From contig JAQGDQ010000376.1 in assembly GCA_030141605.1 (NCBI GenBank), positions 62,001 through 126,000 of the forward strand: a DNA stretch of 64,000 nucleotides, written 5' to 3'. Under the pieces are notes generated by a model, which made no database searches, was not told the DNA's origin, and saw only the letters and a program-made list of their open reading frames with translations. How positions within the stretch are numbered: the stretch's first letter is position 1; each line of letters opens with the position of its first letter. The stretch comes from Tubiluchus corallicola (lineage: Eukaryota > Animalia > Priapulida). The translations under genes and the position numbers were made by a program. Positions 1 through 13,400 of the stretch are shown here, in pieces.

Positions 1-1066
1 CAGAACGTCAGTCAACCTGCGGGGGTCCCCCTCATAATGATCAATGAGGCGCTTTTATTTAGCGTTTACTCGATTGTTGGGGCTTTACTCACATGCCCAG
101 CCACATTTGCACTTAAAACCTATACGAAAGATACATCTAAAGCGTGTGTTCATGATTATTTTTGCTTTTTTTGCGTAATGAAGAATGGTGAAGCGTTGTG
201 CTTGGGGCACGTATAATGTGTATGTTCGCTGTCCAGAAAGATTAGGAGTTCGACTTATATTTCCCCAACCCAAAAAAGACTTAGACAAGTGTCACCGTTG
301 GGTCAGAGCATGCGGGAGGCCACATGAACAGCCCAAACTCTTAAAAAATAATAAAAATCGTGCTGTCTGCTCAGAGAAGTTTTCTAGTGTTTTATTATTA
401 TACTGTACTATTATTTATTACTGCTGGCTACATGTAGAATGTGTCTTGCTAAATCAGTTCTTAACGCACTGCAACAAGATATTCCAGATGCTGTACAACA
501 AAAAATAGGATTTCGTTGGTTGAGTTTGACTGGCTGAACGTACAGTAGTATAGTTAAATAGTTCAGCTGGGCTAACTTACTTGATTTTTATTTAATTTAT
601 TCAGTTTTCGTGTTCATGTTAGAATTAGGTACAAGACACTAAAATAATTTGTTTTTGGTGTAAGTAAAAGTATTATAAAAATTTTGGTTTACAACACAAC
701 ATGTAAAGCAAGGTTAATACACCGTTTCATATTTGTTATTTTAGTACTTTGTTGCAACTTTTTATTGATAACTAGCGCTTTTGTTGTAACTACGTTTGAA
801 ACTTCGCAATAAATCTTAATATAGTGCACATATCCTTGTGTATAATAATTAAGTCCTCTTTGTAAGGATTTACTAGACAAGTTCTTATAGTTTGGTTTGT
901 ATCACAATAATACATTTTCCGGAATCACCGATAAATCACTTAAAATTCACCACTCTCCGTGTTTTTTCGCGCTTGCTTATTGTAGCGACTTTCAGCGAGT
1001 GAGTGTTTGTGAGAACGTGTGTTACGTGATCAACGTGGGCGGGGCTAAACGCCGCTTGCAATCTAT
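1..1066. mobile_element. Internally deleted ISL2EU/Harbinger-related DNA transposon relic in a KCNQ intron (left end probably upstream of the window)
   Basis: A THAP-like fragment on + (185-385) converges on a - strand fragment (about 690-950: W*ILSDLSVIP...KSLQRGLNYYTQGYVHYI) resembling the N-terminus of SWIM/YqaJ-exonuclease ORFs. CpG-rich subterminal region ends in ...ttgcaatctat near 1066. Family assignment is inference from recalled motifs. Confidence 0.5.
185..385 (+). pseudogene. Degenerate THAP zinc-finger domain (transposase N-terminus)
   Basis: MVKRCAWGT(Y)...FPQPK...CHRWVRACGRPH...VCSE(K)F follows the THAP C2CH pattern with the conserved FP and W, but the second Cys (now Y) and the His (now K) are lost. 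Confidence 0.7.
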
Positions 1067-1353
1067 CTATACTCTTCTGCTTGAAACAGACCTTCCGTGT
1101 TTCGCAGCGTCCAGTCATTTTTGAATCTGTCATATTACTGAAGAATTTTTACCATTTACATCTGTTTGTTTATAAATCACTACTCTGTCCTAGAGCTGTA
1201 AATTAAATCCATTTTACAACTACGCTTAAGGAAGATGACAAGATGAATGGATACTCACACACGTTTTCCAAAATAAAGGCTACATGAAAATTCTGTCCAT
1301 TTGTCATATTTTCCCAAAAACATCTCATTAACAGTTCATTTTATTCTTTATAG

Positions 1354-1480
1354 GAGATAGTAGTAGTGTGTTGGTTTTCCGTGGAGTACCTTATTAGGAT
1401 GTGGTCAGTCGGGTGCCGCTCAAGGTACCAAGGGATCCGGGGACGATTAAGGTTTGCCCGTCAACCCTTCTGCATAATAG
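1354..1480 (+). CDS. KCNQ: KCNQ exon: S2 and S2-S3 linker
   Basis: tttatag|[42 protein letters not shown]|gtaact; 127 nt. Confidence 0.95.
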
Positions 1481-4400
1481 GTAACTAGACTTCTTTAGCT
1501 TTTTATTATTTAGATACAATGTAAAACATGGTAGCCGAAATCAGGTTTTCACTTGTATGAGTAAATACGAGATGTGTCTACTGTCCTTAAAAAGACGCTA
1601 AGATGCCAAAACACTAAATAACCATTTTACAGTACCCATGTCCATTATACCTTATTTTACACATGCTGAGCATACTGAGGAGATAAGGCCTAAGTTGATT
1701 GCCTGAAAATGCTATGGTACCCACTTTGTTATTTACCAAATGGGCAATTGACCATGCAATACAGTGTGCAAGCCAGGATGCAAACACTCTACTGCAGGTC
1801 CTTTCATGATCTATGTTTGAATCTGCACAGATCATCTTCCCTTCTTCCTTGCTAAAACGTCAATAAAAAATCTATTGTTCATTCCTAAAAATGGTTCTGG
1901 TGCCACATTATACAGTAAGTAGCAGATCAGAAACTGAAACACACTATGACTAAAAAACTGAAACACAAATTACTAAAAAGGATACAGGCTTGAAACAGTA
2001 AAATACAGCACTTCCACTTTCATAGATTAACTGTTAATCTAACGAATGGGAATTAGAAAAGTGGTTTGAAAAGAAACACTTTAATTCCAGATATAGTTGT
2101 AGTCGCAGCTTCGGCGGTGGTTCTAGCCATGGGGAGTAGTGGTCAGGTACTAGCAGCTTCGGCATTACGTGGACTGAGATTCTTTCAGATTTTGCGAATG
2201 GTCCGGATGGATAGACGGGGAGGGACATGGAAGTTGCTGGGTTCTGTTGTCTGGGCTCACAGACAGGTAAGTGAGCTGGTTGATTCACTTAATTGTTATA
2301 CATTGGGAATACATGTCCAAAGTCCAAACTTCCAGGCAATCTAGTCTGTCTAATCAATCTAGCATCTTGAACATGCAGCGTGTTATCTATTTTTAATGGT
2401 GGCTGGGGCAGATGAGAAAAGCAAATCCCTTTGCAGAAGTGTGCTGACCAGCAATAAGAGACTTAAACTGATTTCAGGAAAGGAAATGATAAAATTAAAT
2501 AAAAAGAAAGTCATGAATACAGTTCTTCTACAAAAAAAGTCTACAAGGTAATGTATCGCAACATAACATCCAGAAGCATTCATGTGACATTACATCATGC
2601 AATATTGTTTAACATAACGTAACATATATTGTAACTTAAGACATAATCACGATAGTTCATATGTAACAATATATAGTGCAACAATAATACTAATATTTAA
2701 GCATTGTTCTGATTTCTGATTTGTTGTTCCTTGCACCCACCCTGAGAAGCACTACAGGTTTTTTAATTCTTATATAAGCAAAAACAACTATCAATCGCTA
2801 ATCAGTAAGTTCAGTTTTAGATGAATTCAACAGTTTGTCAGAGGAAGCCACTGTCCCTTGCAAAACACAACAATATTTTATACACAATAACTGCCAAAAT
2901 TGAAAACAGAATTGAAAATATATAAATTTACATAATTTATATGGCACTTCGTTAGTGTGTTACATCTTGTAGGTTTTACTCCTCGTCTGGTTATCAGCTG
3001 AGTTAACAACGTAAAAAAATATTCTATCGTTTTACTATTACTAGTGACTAACTAATAAAAATGATAAATAAACATGCCAAAAATTGACACCAAACTTTGT
3101 CAATGGCGATTTCAAAAGTGAGTGATTTTTTCTTATGTTAATTCTGTCTCACACACACGCACGCATGCGCTGATAACCACTCCAGGTTTTAATAAATCCA
3201 GTTTTTCCCTCCGACAACTTATCTGTGGAATTCTCTGCTAGGACACTGTTTCTTAAAAACTGCAAGAGAAACATCAGCATATCCCCTATTAACTTCAAGT
3301 TTTTGCTGTAGCCCGTTACCATAAGATCCATTTCAGATTTATAAAATTCCTGGAAGACAAAATGCCTTGCGACATTCCTCACGAAAAGGGAACTTTGTTT
3401 TCTATGGCGTATTTCACATAGACTCATGAGGAATTTTCCTCGTTTAATTCCTCCTGAAGAATTCTGTCGCCAGCTAGAAGCTATGCTCCTTTTCACGAGG
3501 ACATTTGTCGCTTGGTAGAAGCAGAAGTACTGCATGTTCCATTTTCGTGAGAATTCCTCGCGCAGTTCACACTAAAATTTAACTAGTCACTTACTCCTTT
3601 CTTGTTTAACGAACAACAATTACAGTGAACTCTCGTTATAAGAATCACCTCGGGAGAAGGCAAAGTGATTCTTATAACGAGCATGACCCAGAATTGCTTT
3701 AAAAAATTTTATGCACGTAAAAATTATTTATTTGCCGAAATTACGCTAGAAACGACATGAAACAGCATAATGTTTTTCTGGACTAAAAAGAACCTAAAAA
3801 TTGCTAGACTAATGTTTTTATTTCATGGTTGGGTAAATATTTCATGATGCCAGAATTGCCTTAAAATTTTTTTAATGCACATAATTTTTGTCATAAAACA
3901 AACAAATTTGAAATCTCTGTGGTGTCCGCCACGCCCACTGCGCAGAACCATGTAAGCAGGGCATGAGAGACAATGGAGTTGGCGCCAAAATTGATTCTAC
4001 TATCGAAAGAAGGGTGATTCTTATACGAGCAGATTTTCACTAGGAAAATACAGATTCAATTCGGGAAACGCGATTTTGATTCTTATATCGAGCTGATTCT
4101 TATACGTGTGATTCTTGTAACGAGAGTCCACTGTAACACAATTCAGCATGAAATTATACGTTTTCAATAATATTTCTTTTTTTAACATACAGACGATTTT
4201 TTCTTTTGTTAATGCAAGAGTTATGATTACATCCGTGAAAAACAAAAATATATTTATTTTTATATGTATATTTTTAGATTATGAAGTGGTTCGAACTTTA
4301 CTAAAAAATAAACAAGTCTAACATTACATTGTCCAACATTATTAACTGTACTTTGTATATGAGAAACTGTAAATGTAACTTGATTTAAACATGATAATAT

Positions 4401-7400
4401 AAAATATCAAATTACAAAGTTATAGGGTCAACACATTCTCTGAAATTTACATCTTCTTTGTAATCGAGTCCTGGAGTAAAGCTGTTAACTCGTCGAAAGT
4501 GTCAGGGTCATTATAGTGTATCTGTAGACTTTCTCCCGATCATCTCTCCACTGGCCGTACAAGGTTTCAACAACATCTTGGTGCCGTCTTCTTTTGTTAA
4601 TTAGATGCATCCAATAATGATGCTAATTAATACTGCTCTAATAGCAGTAAACGCTCAGCAAAAACATTACGTCGTCCTCGCAAAGTAGCTGGTGCTAGTT
4701 GGACGCGCGTTAAAAAAAGCGCCGTCCGTGTGTGAAAATAAACTTTCTTGGTACATGCAGGAGAAATAAATCAGAAATATTTTCAGACCTTCTAGCAGCA
4801 CATCACTGCGTCATTTTCATTGTCTCCTCACTGTGAAATGGTCTAAGATGCCAATGACCTTGTTAGTACAAAAACACAATGAGAACACAGTTTGAAATGT
4901 GGCCATTCGACACGAGACGAAAAAACTGTATTGACAATTTTCAAAGACAAAAACTTCCGATCAAATATAAGATCTGCAATCCAAAATTGAACCGACAGAA
5001 TCACCAAGTGATGTCCAAAAAGTGCAAATTTCTTAAAATGTTGAACTGCCAGATAGCCACTCTGAAAAGAGGTTGCAGCATTTAGGTCCACGATTGTTAG
5101 ACTTGGGACTTGATTTCACAGAAAAACCTTTTTTGCATTGGTAACTGACCCAGGGTTCAATCATTTTAATGCCACAGATATGGTTTGAATGCTGACAAAA
5201 TAATTGCTTTACTCAATAAGATGACTGGAGCAAGGCTAGCGTCAACAAGCAAGCAGGGTTTTAATGCTTATGCGATTGTATAGTTCACCGAGCTTGTTTA
5301 ATTAGAAAACGCATCCATCATTCAAACGTCAATAGCACTTTTCAAGCAGCAAAGCTTTGTGGTGGCTTTCAGTTTCATTAACGTCCATGATTGACAGAGA
5401 CGCAAAAGCCTTAAAATGAATTCCGGCGAGTCTGTATTCTGCAGGCGAAATGAACAGCATGATAGACACCTATCATCCGCATACAAATCATAGTTGTTAT
5501 TATGCAAATGAACCTTTTAGTTTACTATGCCTGGCTGATCAGATAAAATCACTATCATTTGCATGTAAAGCACTATAGTTTCCTGCATCATTTCAGCTAA
5601 TGCATTCTGATGCAAAAGTGGAAAAAGTGATTGGTAATCCAAGCAGTTAATGGTTATTACAGTCATTGCTGAGACTTCCTTCCGTTCTCTCTGTCTCTTC
5701 TCTTGCCTTGTGGGTTGAGTTTTGCTAGTGCTGCCACTCTCTCTCTGTCTTTTGTTCTTCCCACACTGTACAGCTCTCTCTCTCTCTTGCTTAATTTTTT
5801 CACTTACGCATACATATGCAAGAACATGCACACACTCACACACACACGCGCGCGCACGCACGCACGTCATGCACGCGCACCTCAGAAAATATTCATACAC
5901 AATTTTTCGTGCAATTTCAATTTCGTGGTCAAGTCACAGCTAAGACATAACAAATTATTTATATGGTTATGTAACTAAACACGTGGATTATTCATAACAA
6001 GACGAACCGAAACAAGCAATATGAATCACTGCTAAGGAATATTTTTTTTAAACTCAATCTCTTGAACTTTATTGACCTCAAAGGCAAATTCAAATAAAAA
6101 TTGTTATTATTATTTATATTGTTGTTGATGCAGTTCATATGTTTATATATTACATGTTTTAATTAACGTCATGAAGATGCTGTGACGAACTAAACATTTG
6201 GCATGTACGTCACATGAAATCATCTTGTTGCTGTAGGTAAAATCGTGTATCATAACCAAAATTTTGAACAGTTAGCTGCTTTCCAAGAAACTGTTGTATT
6301 TTTATGGCGAATCTAATTGAATTGTTATTTTTCAGGAATTAATCACAACCTTGTACATTGGTTTTCTTGGGCTCATTTTCTCATCTTTTCTGGTTTACCT
6401 AGCAGAGAGAGACACAAACCGAAAGTTTAAGAGCTATGCCGATGCACTCTGGTGGGGCGTGGTGAGTAATGCAACAAAAAGTTGAATTTTTGTAAAACAC
6501 AAGAAACACATCATATCAAGTTTCTAGTAGTTAATCAGTCAATACATTGCATTATGCCTCCACAAGGCTTCTAGCGTTTTTCATGTCATCACAAAACAAA
6601 AAACTTTTAAATTGATTTTAGATCACCCTTTCAACTGTGGGATATGGCGATTCGTATCCAGAGAGTTGGGTAGGAAAGATGATAGCAGCATTTATGGCTC
6701 TTTTGGGGATTTCATTCTTTGCCTTGCCTGCAGTAAGTATAGAGATCACTTCCTTCAGTTGTTTTACCTAAGAAAATTCTGTCTGAAAAAGTATTAGCAC
6801 AAGTATTAGCAAATGAAGGTATGCCAAATAAATGTAGTTATTCAATTTAGTCTGTTAACAGAATAAAAGAAAACTAAGCATACAGTAAACAACCAATTTT
6901 TTCACAATTTATGGGAGAAGTAAAAAATACCCTAAGTACTTCGTATCTCATTGTTACCACTGAATTTTTGCAACATGAATATGTTCTTTATTTTCCTCTT
7001 GTTTTACTTCTTTAGTCTTTCAAAAGTTAGTGATCATGCATTATTTTCCTATTGTCATGCCTTAATAGAGTGTTTTCATGCGATATGCTCAATTATTTCC
7101 TTTTATCCTTTTTATTGCGCATTATTATTTCACACTCATCATCGCCATTCGAATTTTTTATTTTTTCTACTATATAATTTTATTTTTGATTGTTTGCTGA
7201 TCCCATTGTTCACTAATTTGTTACACTCATTGTTCACTAAATTACCATTGCCTCCTTAGTGGCCAGTTATCCAGTTGTCACTCCTTTTACTGTACACATC
7301 TCATTACCATCGCTTCTTCGTTCACTCCTGTTATTGCTGTTTCTTAAAAGTTCATTGAGCTTACTGAAGTATTCGTCTTCTTCAATGAATTACCATTTAC

Positions 7401-10400
7401 TCACCGTATTTTCAACGTTTCTTCATTCTTCACACATTTATTGCCATTACTGCTATAATGTTCACACGTCGTGGTACCATCACCACTTTTGTTGTTTTCT
7501 AATCCGATTATCACTGACTTTACTGTTACTTTATTGCTCACTTATAGTGTTATTATTGCTTCTTCATTTCAGCTCCTCTCATAATCATCATTTTTCAGTC
7601 TTCCCTTAGCAACTAGTCAACTACTAATTTTACAAAGCTGTAAGAACTTCGTATTTCACCAGAATTTGTTGTTTTGTTTTCAACAATTCATGTTTTACAG
7701 AAGTTTTTCTATAAACCTAAAAATCTATTGTGTTAGATGAGTGCATGTATGGCATGATAAAATAGTTGTGTGTTGTTGTAACAGCTTGAGATCTGTATAA
7801 CCCTTATATTGGAGTATTTCATTGCTTTCAAAAACAAACAAACGATTTCGAAAAATGTTTAGTCAACAAACACAGAACAAGCTTCATCAGTCAATTGACA
7901 ACTTGTACGAAGTCACAACTACGATAGTAAACGTTTTGAATATCAGGGAATGCTAGACACAAGAACTGTGAATTAGTGTTAAAGCAAGTCATGCTGTATT
8001 TTGCCTAAGTAATCAAAGAAATTATTGCTTGGGTTGCAGAACTAGTCATTTTTACTCATTACCAGTTCTAGACAGTATCACATGGTTAACCAATTAAATA
8101 TCGATTGTGGATTCTTTGTATGATTGACAAACACAATACAGAATATACGCTCACGGAAGCAAGTCATAAGCTTATTTGAACTTTGAAAAGTCATAAGCCT
8201 TTAAAAATGAATAAGTGATCGAAACATGAAACTGCAGTTCCAAACAGTGTTTAGCAAACGTTGTTGTAACTCATGAAATACTAGTGGTTCTATAATTCTA
8301 ATTTCAAATGTCGAGTAACGGTTCCGTAAATCAGGGATTAAGCAGATTGCTTTCGGGCAGTCATTAAATTCTGGCTTAGTCCACAAAACTAACGTGGACA
8401 AGCACTAAATTTAATAAGCGGCTTCACTTTACAACTTACTCAGTTGAGACTGGTAGAAATACATAGGAAATCTTCTTACATAAATTGCAGGCTGACATCT
8501 AGGCAATTATTGACATAAGGAGACAAGAGGTACAATATTTGCAAAGCAGCTATCAGTGTCAGTTCACTTGATCAAACTCGCATTGCAGCAAAATCGTGTA
8601 CAGTTTCAAATGCAATAGTACAGGAAGGGTTGACAGCAACCATTCTACTAGTACAATAATTGATGAATGTTTGCAGCTCCGGTAATAGTTGTTTGAGACT
8701 GGATACTAAAGATTTCTGAGATATATTTATAAAAGAAACCAAAATAAAAGATTGTCCGTCAAAACCCAGATTTTTATAAAACATCAAACCATATTTGCAT
8801 TTACAACTATGGTCCAAGCCTTGCATAAATGCAAAGTTTCGGTACATTACTGATAATTACATTGTGGCTATGATTAATTAGTTGCACCATAGAAACTGAG
8901 AAATATTAACGCACAATATTAATGCATGAAAAATCGACAAGTTGATTATAGTGCCAATAAATCACATGTGATGCATATTATATTATTCAATGCTTGTAGG
9001 GTATTCTCGGATCAGGCTTTGCTCTCAAGGTACAACAACATCAAAGGCAGAAACATTTGAATCGCCGCCGTCAGCCGGCCGCACAGTTAATACAATGCCT
9101 ATGGAGATGTTATGCAGCCGATGAGAATTCATGTTCAGTGGCAACATGGCAGGTGCATGTACATCGTCCTACAACTGTTAATTCCTCGTAAGTTATTACA
9201 TTTTGCCTTAATAGCAAAACATTTCAGAAATGCTACTTACTAAACTAAAACTAATACTCATTGATCGTCTATTGCAGGTAGGATGTATTACTGATTAATG
9301 GATTTTAAATTTATTACTATAATTAATCATCAGTTTTATAGAGAAAGATCACATCAAACTTACAAATTGAACCCAGGGCTTTTTGACTGCTTGTTTAATT
9401 GTCTATGTGTGTTGTTACACATTGTTAACTGCAGTGAATGTTAAATGCAACCAGTAATGCATGCCAAGTTGTCCAACTTGGACATGCCAACATAAACGTA
9501 GTGTAGACTTCAGAAAGCATTACTGTCATCTCTGGGATATAAGTGATTGCTGTGCAAAAGTTAGCAGTAAAGAAATCTAGATAACAAAATTAATTTGACT
9601 GCAACAAGATATTTATTTGGGAAAGAAAAAAGTGTTCACTCCAAATATATAATGTTTGATTAAATAAAGTTAAACATACTGCTTTCGATCATAGTGCCAA
9701 TAAATGGTCATAATTGTAATAGCACTTATACCGTTTTGCATTTACGTATTTTGTTGACTTGTTAAATCATAGTTTTTAATGGTAATGAATTGCGTCTGGA
9801 TAGTGAACACAACCGTTCTTTTATAATTATGATGGGACTGATGGGATGAGAATTTTCTGCTGTAATTTTCTAATCAAAAGGAAGCCATGTACGTGATAGA
9901 TTTAAAAATATCTAAGCAATAATAAACAGCGATGATAGTACCGTACTTCTGCTCTTCATTCATTAATCACTCAAGAGATTTGAAGTGTTTCATACTTTTT
10001 TCATTAGTCAGCAATGTTATCCGTTCACCATTACTTTACTGCTGCAGCTGTATAAATTAGTGATATTAATCAGTGGGTTCCCAAATACCCATGAGACAAG
10101 AAATTTGATGAATGGCTAATTTCAACACATTTTATGCGAATAATTACAAAATGCACTTCATCTCAGAAAAGTTTATTAGCGTGCATAATTTAATTAAGTA
10201 ACAAAACTTTTATAAGCGCAGAATAAATGTACACTTGAGACTTGGGAATAGAATAACCTAATTATCACTTATTAAAATCAAGATATAGGTTGAAAGAAGA
10301 TGGAAATCTGATAGCTCTAATTAAGATTTTGCAACAGAAAAACCTTCTTAATTCTCATACAGCTTTTTCTTTCTCATTTATTTTGTTCTCTGCAAACAAT

Positions 10401-13400
10401 TATTTCGCCTTGCAAGCTTGCGTAGGTTTTGCAAACTTTCAGGGTGGGTAGCCCTGGGCAGGGTAAGGTACAGAGACTATATATGTGTGTTTTTCTGAGT
10501 GGCCAAGAGACATGACATGGACGAAACTGTTAAAACAGGACTTTGTGAATAACTGGCCAAATAAACAAGCTGGAGTTGCGAAAATTGCAGGGTACGTATC
10601 TGGGCTACGCGTTCAGACAAGTAGTACTTAACAATGACCTTGGATTAAAGGATCAAAGACAATATATATACATATATATATATATATCAGTTTTTCGCAA
10701 GACTATCTCCTACAGTTTTGAGCTAGAGCCACAATTTTTTGCCTAATAATAATATTATTATTATTATTACTGTAACATTGTTATTATTATTATTATTATT
10801 ATTATCTAGTGTGTGACTAGAATGGCTCAAGTACTTATGCATTGCTGAATATGGGTCAGTTGGATAGTGAAAAAAATTTCCGCTACGAGTGAAAACCTAG
10901 ACGTTTTTCCAGTCTTGAAGAATAATGGCTTGCAGTAAATTTAATGAAAGGTCTCAATTAGACAAATTGAATGGTATAAGTTATGCCGAGATCTTTGACC
11001 CCACAAAAGCAAAATGGGGGTTAAAGAAACAATGCCTTCTTTCGACCAAAACTAGCATGTACAGTAAATCAAATGAAAGGTCTTGACGAGATGAATTGAA
11101 TGGTATGAGTTGACATGAGATTGGTTGACGTTTGAACTACAAGCAACGTGTTAAAAAGTTACAAGTTGCAAGTTCATTGTGAAATGCAGTTTCTAGATAA
11201 TCAAGTAATGCGAATTCAATAAAATAAAAAATAATAACTTCAAACAAAAGGCTGATGTCTTTTACAAGGGCAATTCTATACGTATTGTTTGGAAAATCTT
11301 CATCTTCTGATCATGTCAGAAATATTGTTAGCTAGCTGTCTTCAGTAAATTTCATTTTATCCCCAAACCACAACAGTTTGTGTATTTCAAAGACTGGCTA
11401 AACAACTATGCTTTACTTACTACTACAACCACTCTATGGCATTTGATTTTTCATCTTTTCAACTTCCTTCATCAAGGAGGGAGAATGGCAAGCTCACCAT
11501 GCAGGGTTTGGTGACATTAGTAACAAATCCTACTATGACCTTCGATCTCCATGTTAAATCCAGTAGAGAGTAGTAATATTAACTGTAGAGCGTTGGACAC
11601 TTTCAGACACTATCTCAAGCAAATGGCTGGGTAAGCAAACAAAGACAGATATTTTCCAACTCTAAGAAGATTTCCCAAGTCTAAGAACCTATTAGCCACT
11701 AACAGTTATGTACTTTTTGCAGAAGCACGTAAGATTTTAGAAGCCACAATCTCAATTAATTATAAACCATATTCTGTCAGCTTGAATATCACAAGGAAAA
11801 GTAAGGGTAAAAAGTTGAGCATAATTTAACCACATTATGGCTGACTGAATATTGTTGAACTAAGATGAGTTCTGTTAACCTTAGATAAATTTATTGATAC
11901 TTAATGCTGTTCTTTTATTCACTTAAACTGCTGAATATAAGCACGAATCCCTTGGCACGAATTAAAGGCTTAACTCTTGAATATTATAATGGGAAAAGAA
12001 ATTTGAGTGTTTCACCGTATATAATACAAACACAACTTAATTAGGACATGATGAAAAATAACCTTTGTCTTTTGGCAGATTTAAATACAATTCATCGTTT
12101 GTAAGCCGGTTTTCGGTGCGGCGGAGGGATAGAACAGGCAATGTCTCACCACAAGTAAAAAATAGTCCAATATCAAATTTGATGAGGCCACCTGGATTAA
12201 CTGTTGGTGTGGGTTTAGATGAAGAACTGAAGAGCAGCCATCTCGACCTAACGACCCATCCCTCCCTACGAAAAGTAGACTCAGCAATATCTTTACAAAA
12301 TACTGAAGGTAAGAAATGACATGTTCATAGCATGACATGAATATTTTATATTCTGGGTCTTTAGTATTACAGTTGCCACAATTCGAAATTAGTCCAACTT
12401 TGCAACAATGCTTTGGTAGGAGCTTGCTAATTTTGCTTTTATTTTATGCTAGTTTTATGCTTCAGAAAGCCAACACTACCTAAACACAACCAAAAGACGA
12501 TGTCGAGCTTAATCTTCTTACATTCTTACAGATGATGATATGCTAGTTCGTGAACTCACGCAAGTGCACAAAGTCGCAATAAGAGCAATACGCAAAATTA
12601 GATATTTTGTGGCACGCCGAAAGTTCAAGGAAGCCTTACGGCCGTATGACGTAAAAGACGTGATAGAGCAATACTCAGCTGGACATGTAGATATGCTTAG
12701 CCGAGTAAAGAACCTTCAGCACAGGTGAGAATCTGGATGATTGGTTATATAGATAGCAAAGCTAGATTAAGCTTTAGCTGTAGTACTGTTGGCAGTTCTC
12801 ATAAGGCGTACTATGTTTAGCATAAGTGCTTAGCATAAAGTGTTTAGCTTTAGCTATTATTTGTCTGCAATGCTGCATGTTTGATATAAGACATCAAAAT
12901 GCCATTTTCTGGCAAAAGTGTATTGACTAACTATGACATATTTGCTTCCATTCAAATACTACTACTGGTTTTCCAGGTTAGACCAAATCTTAGGCAAAAT
13001 TGGTTCCAAGGGTCGAGATGTGTATGACTCAAAACAAAGCCTTGCTTCGAGAATAGTGAAAGTGGAACGAACGGTAAGTGGTTTCCCCGAATCAGACTAT
13101 ATAACCGGAAAAACATAAGTGCCTCTTGATGCAATTTCAAATATCATCAAAATCTGAAAATCACAATTAAAAATGTACGACATAAGAAATAAACAGAGAA
13201 AGTCTGAAATTTAGTTGTCTTGAAAATATTTTGAAGATGTCGACCATTAACAGCCAAGCGACATGATCTATCTTGCAAAATAGTTACCGAAGACTCAAAC
13301 TACAACATTCTTATTTTCTATACACACTTAATTACTCTTTATTTCTATTCTAATTATATAAGCTAGTTATCATTTATCACAGTATGTCTAGTGTTGAGGC

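Noticed and set aside
5517-5978. Overlapping ORFs on both strands
   Set aside because: Products of CA/CG/CT microsatellites.
6951-7609. Hydrophobic ORFs of 102 and 116 aa resembling membrane proteins
   Set aside because: They translate T/C-rich degenerate simple sequence inside a KCNQ intron; no motifs or supporting splice structure.
6461-9000. Apparent absence of the KCNQ pore/S6 exon in the ORF track (a poreless channel?)
   Set aside because: The exon is present at 6622-6732 in another frame (TVGYGD) with canonical splice sites.
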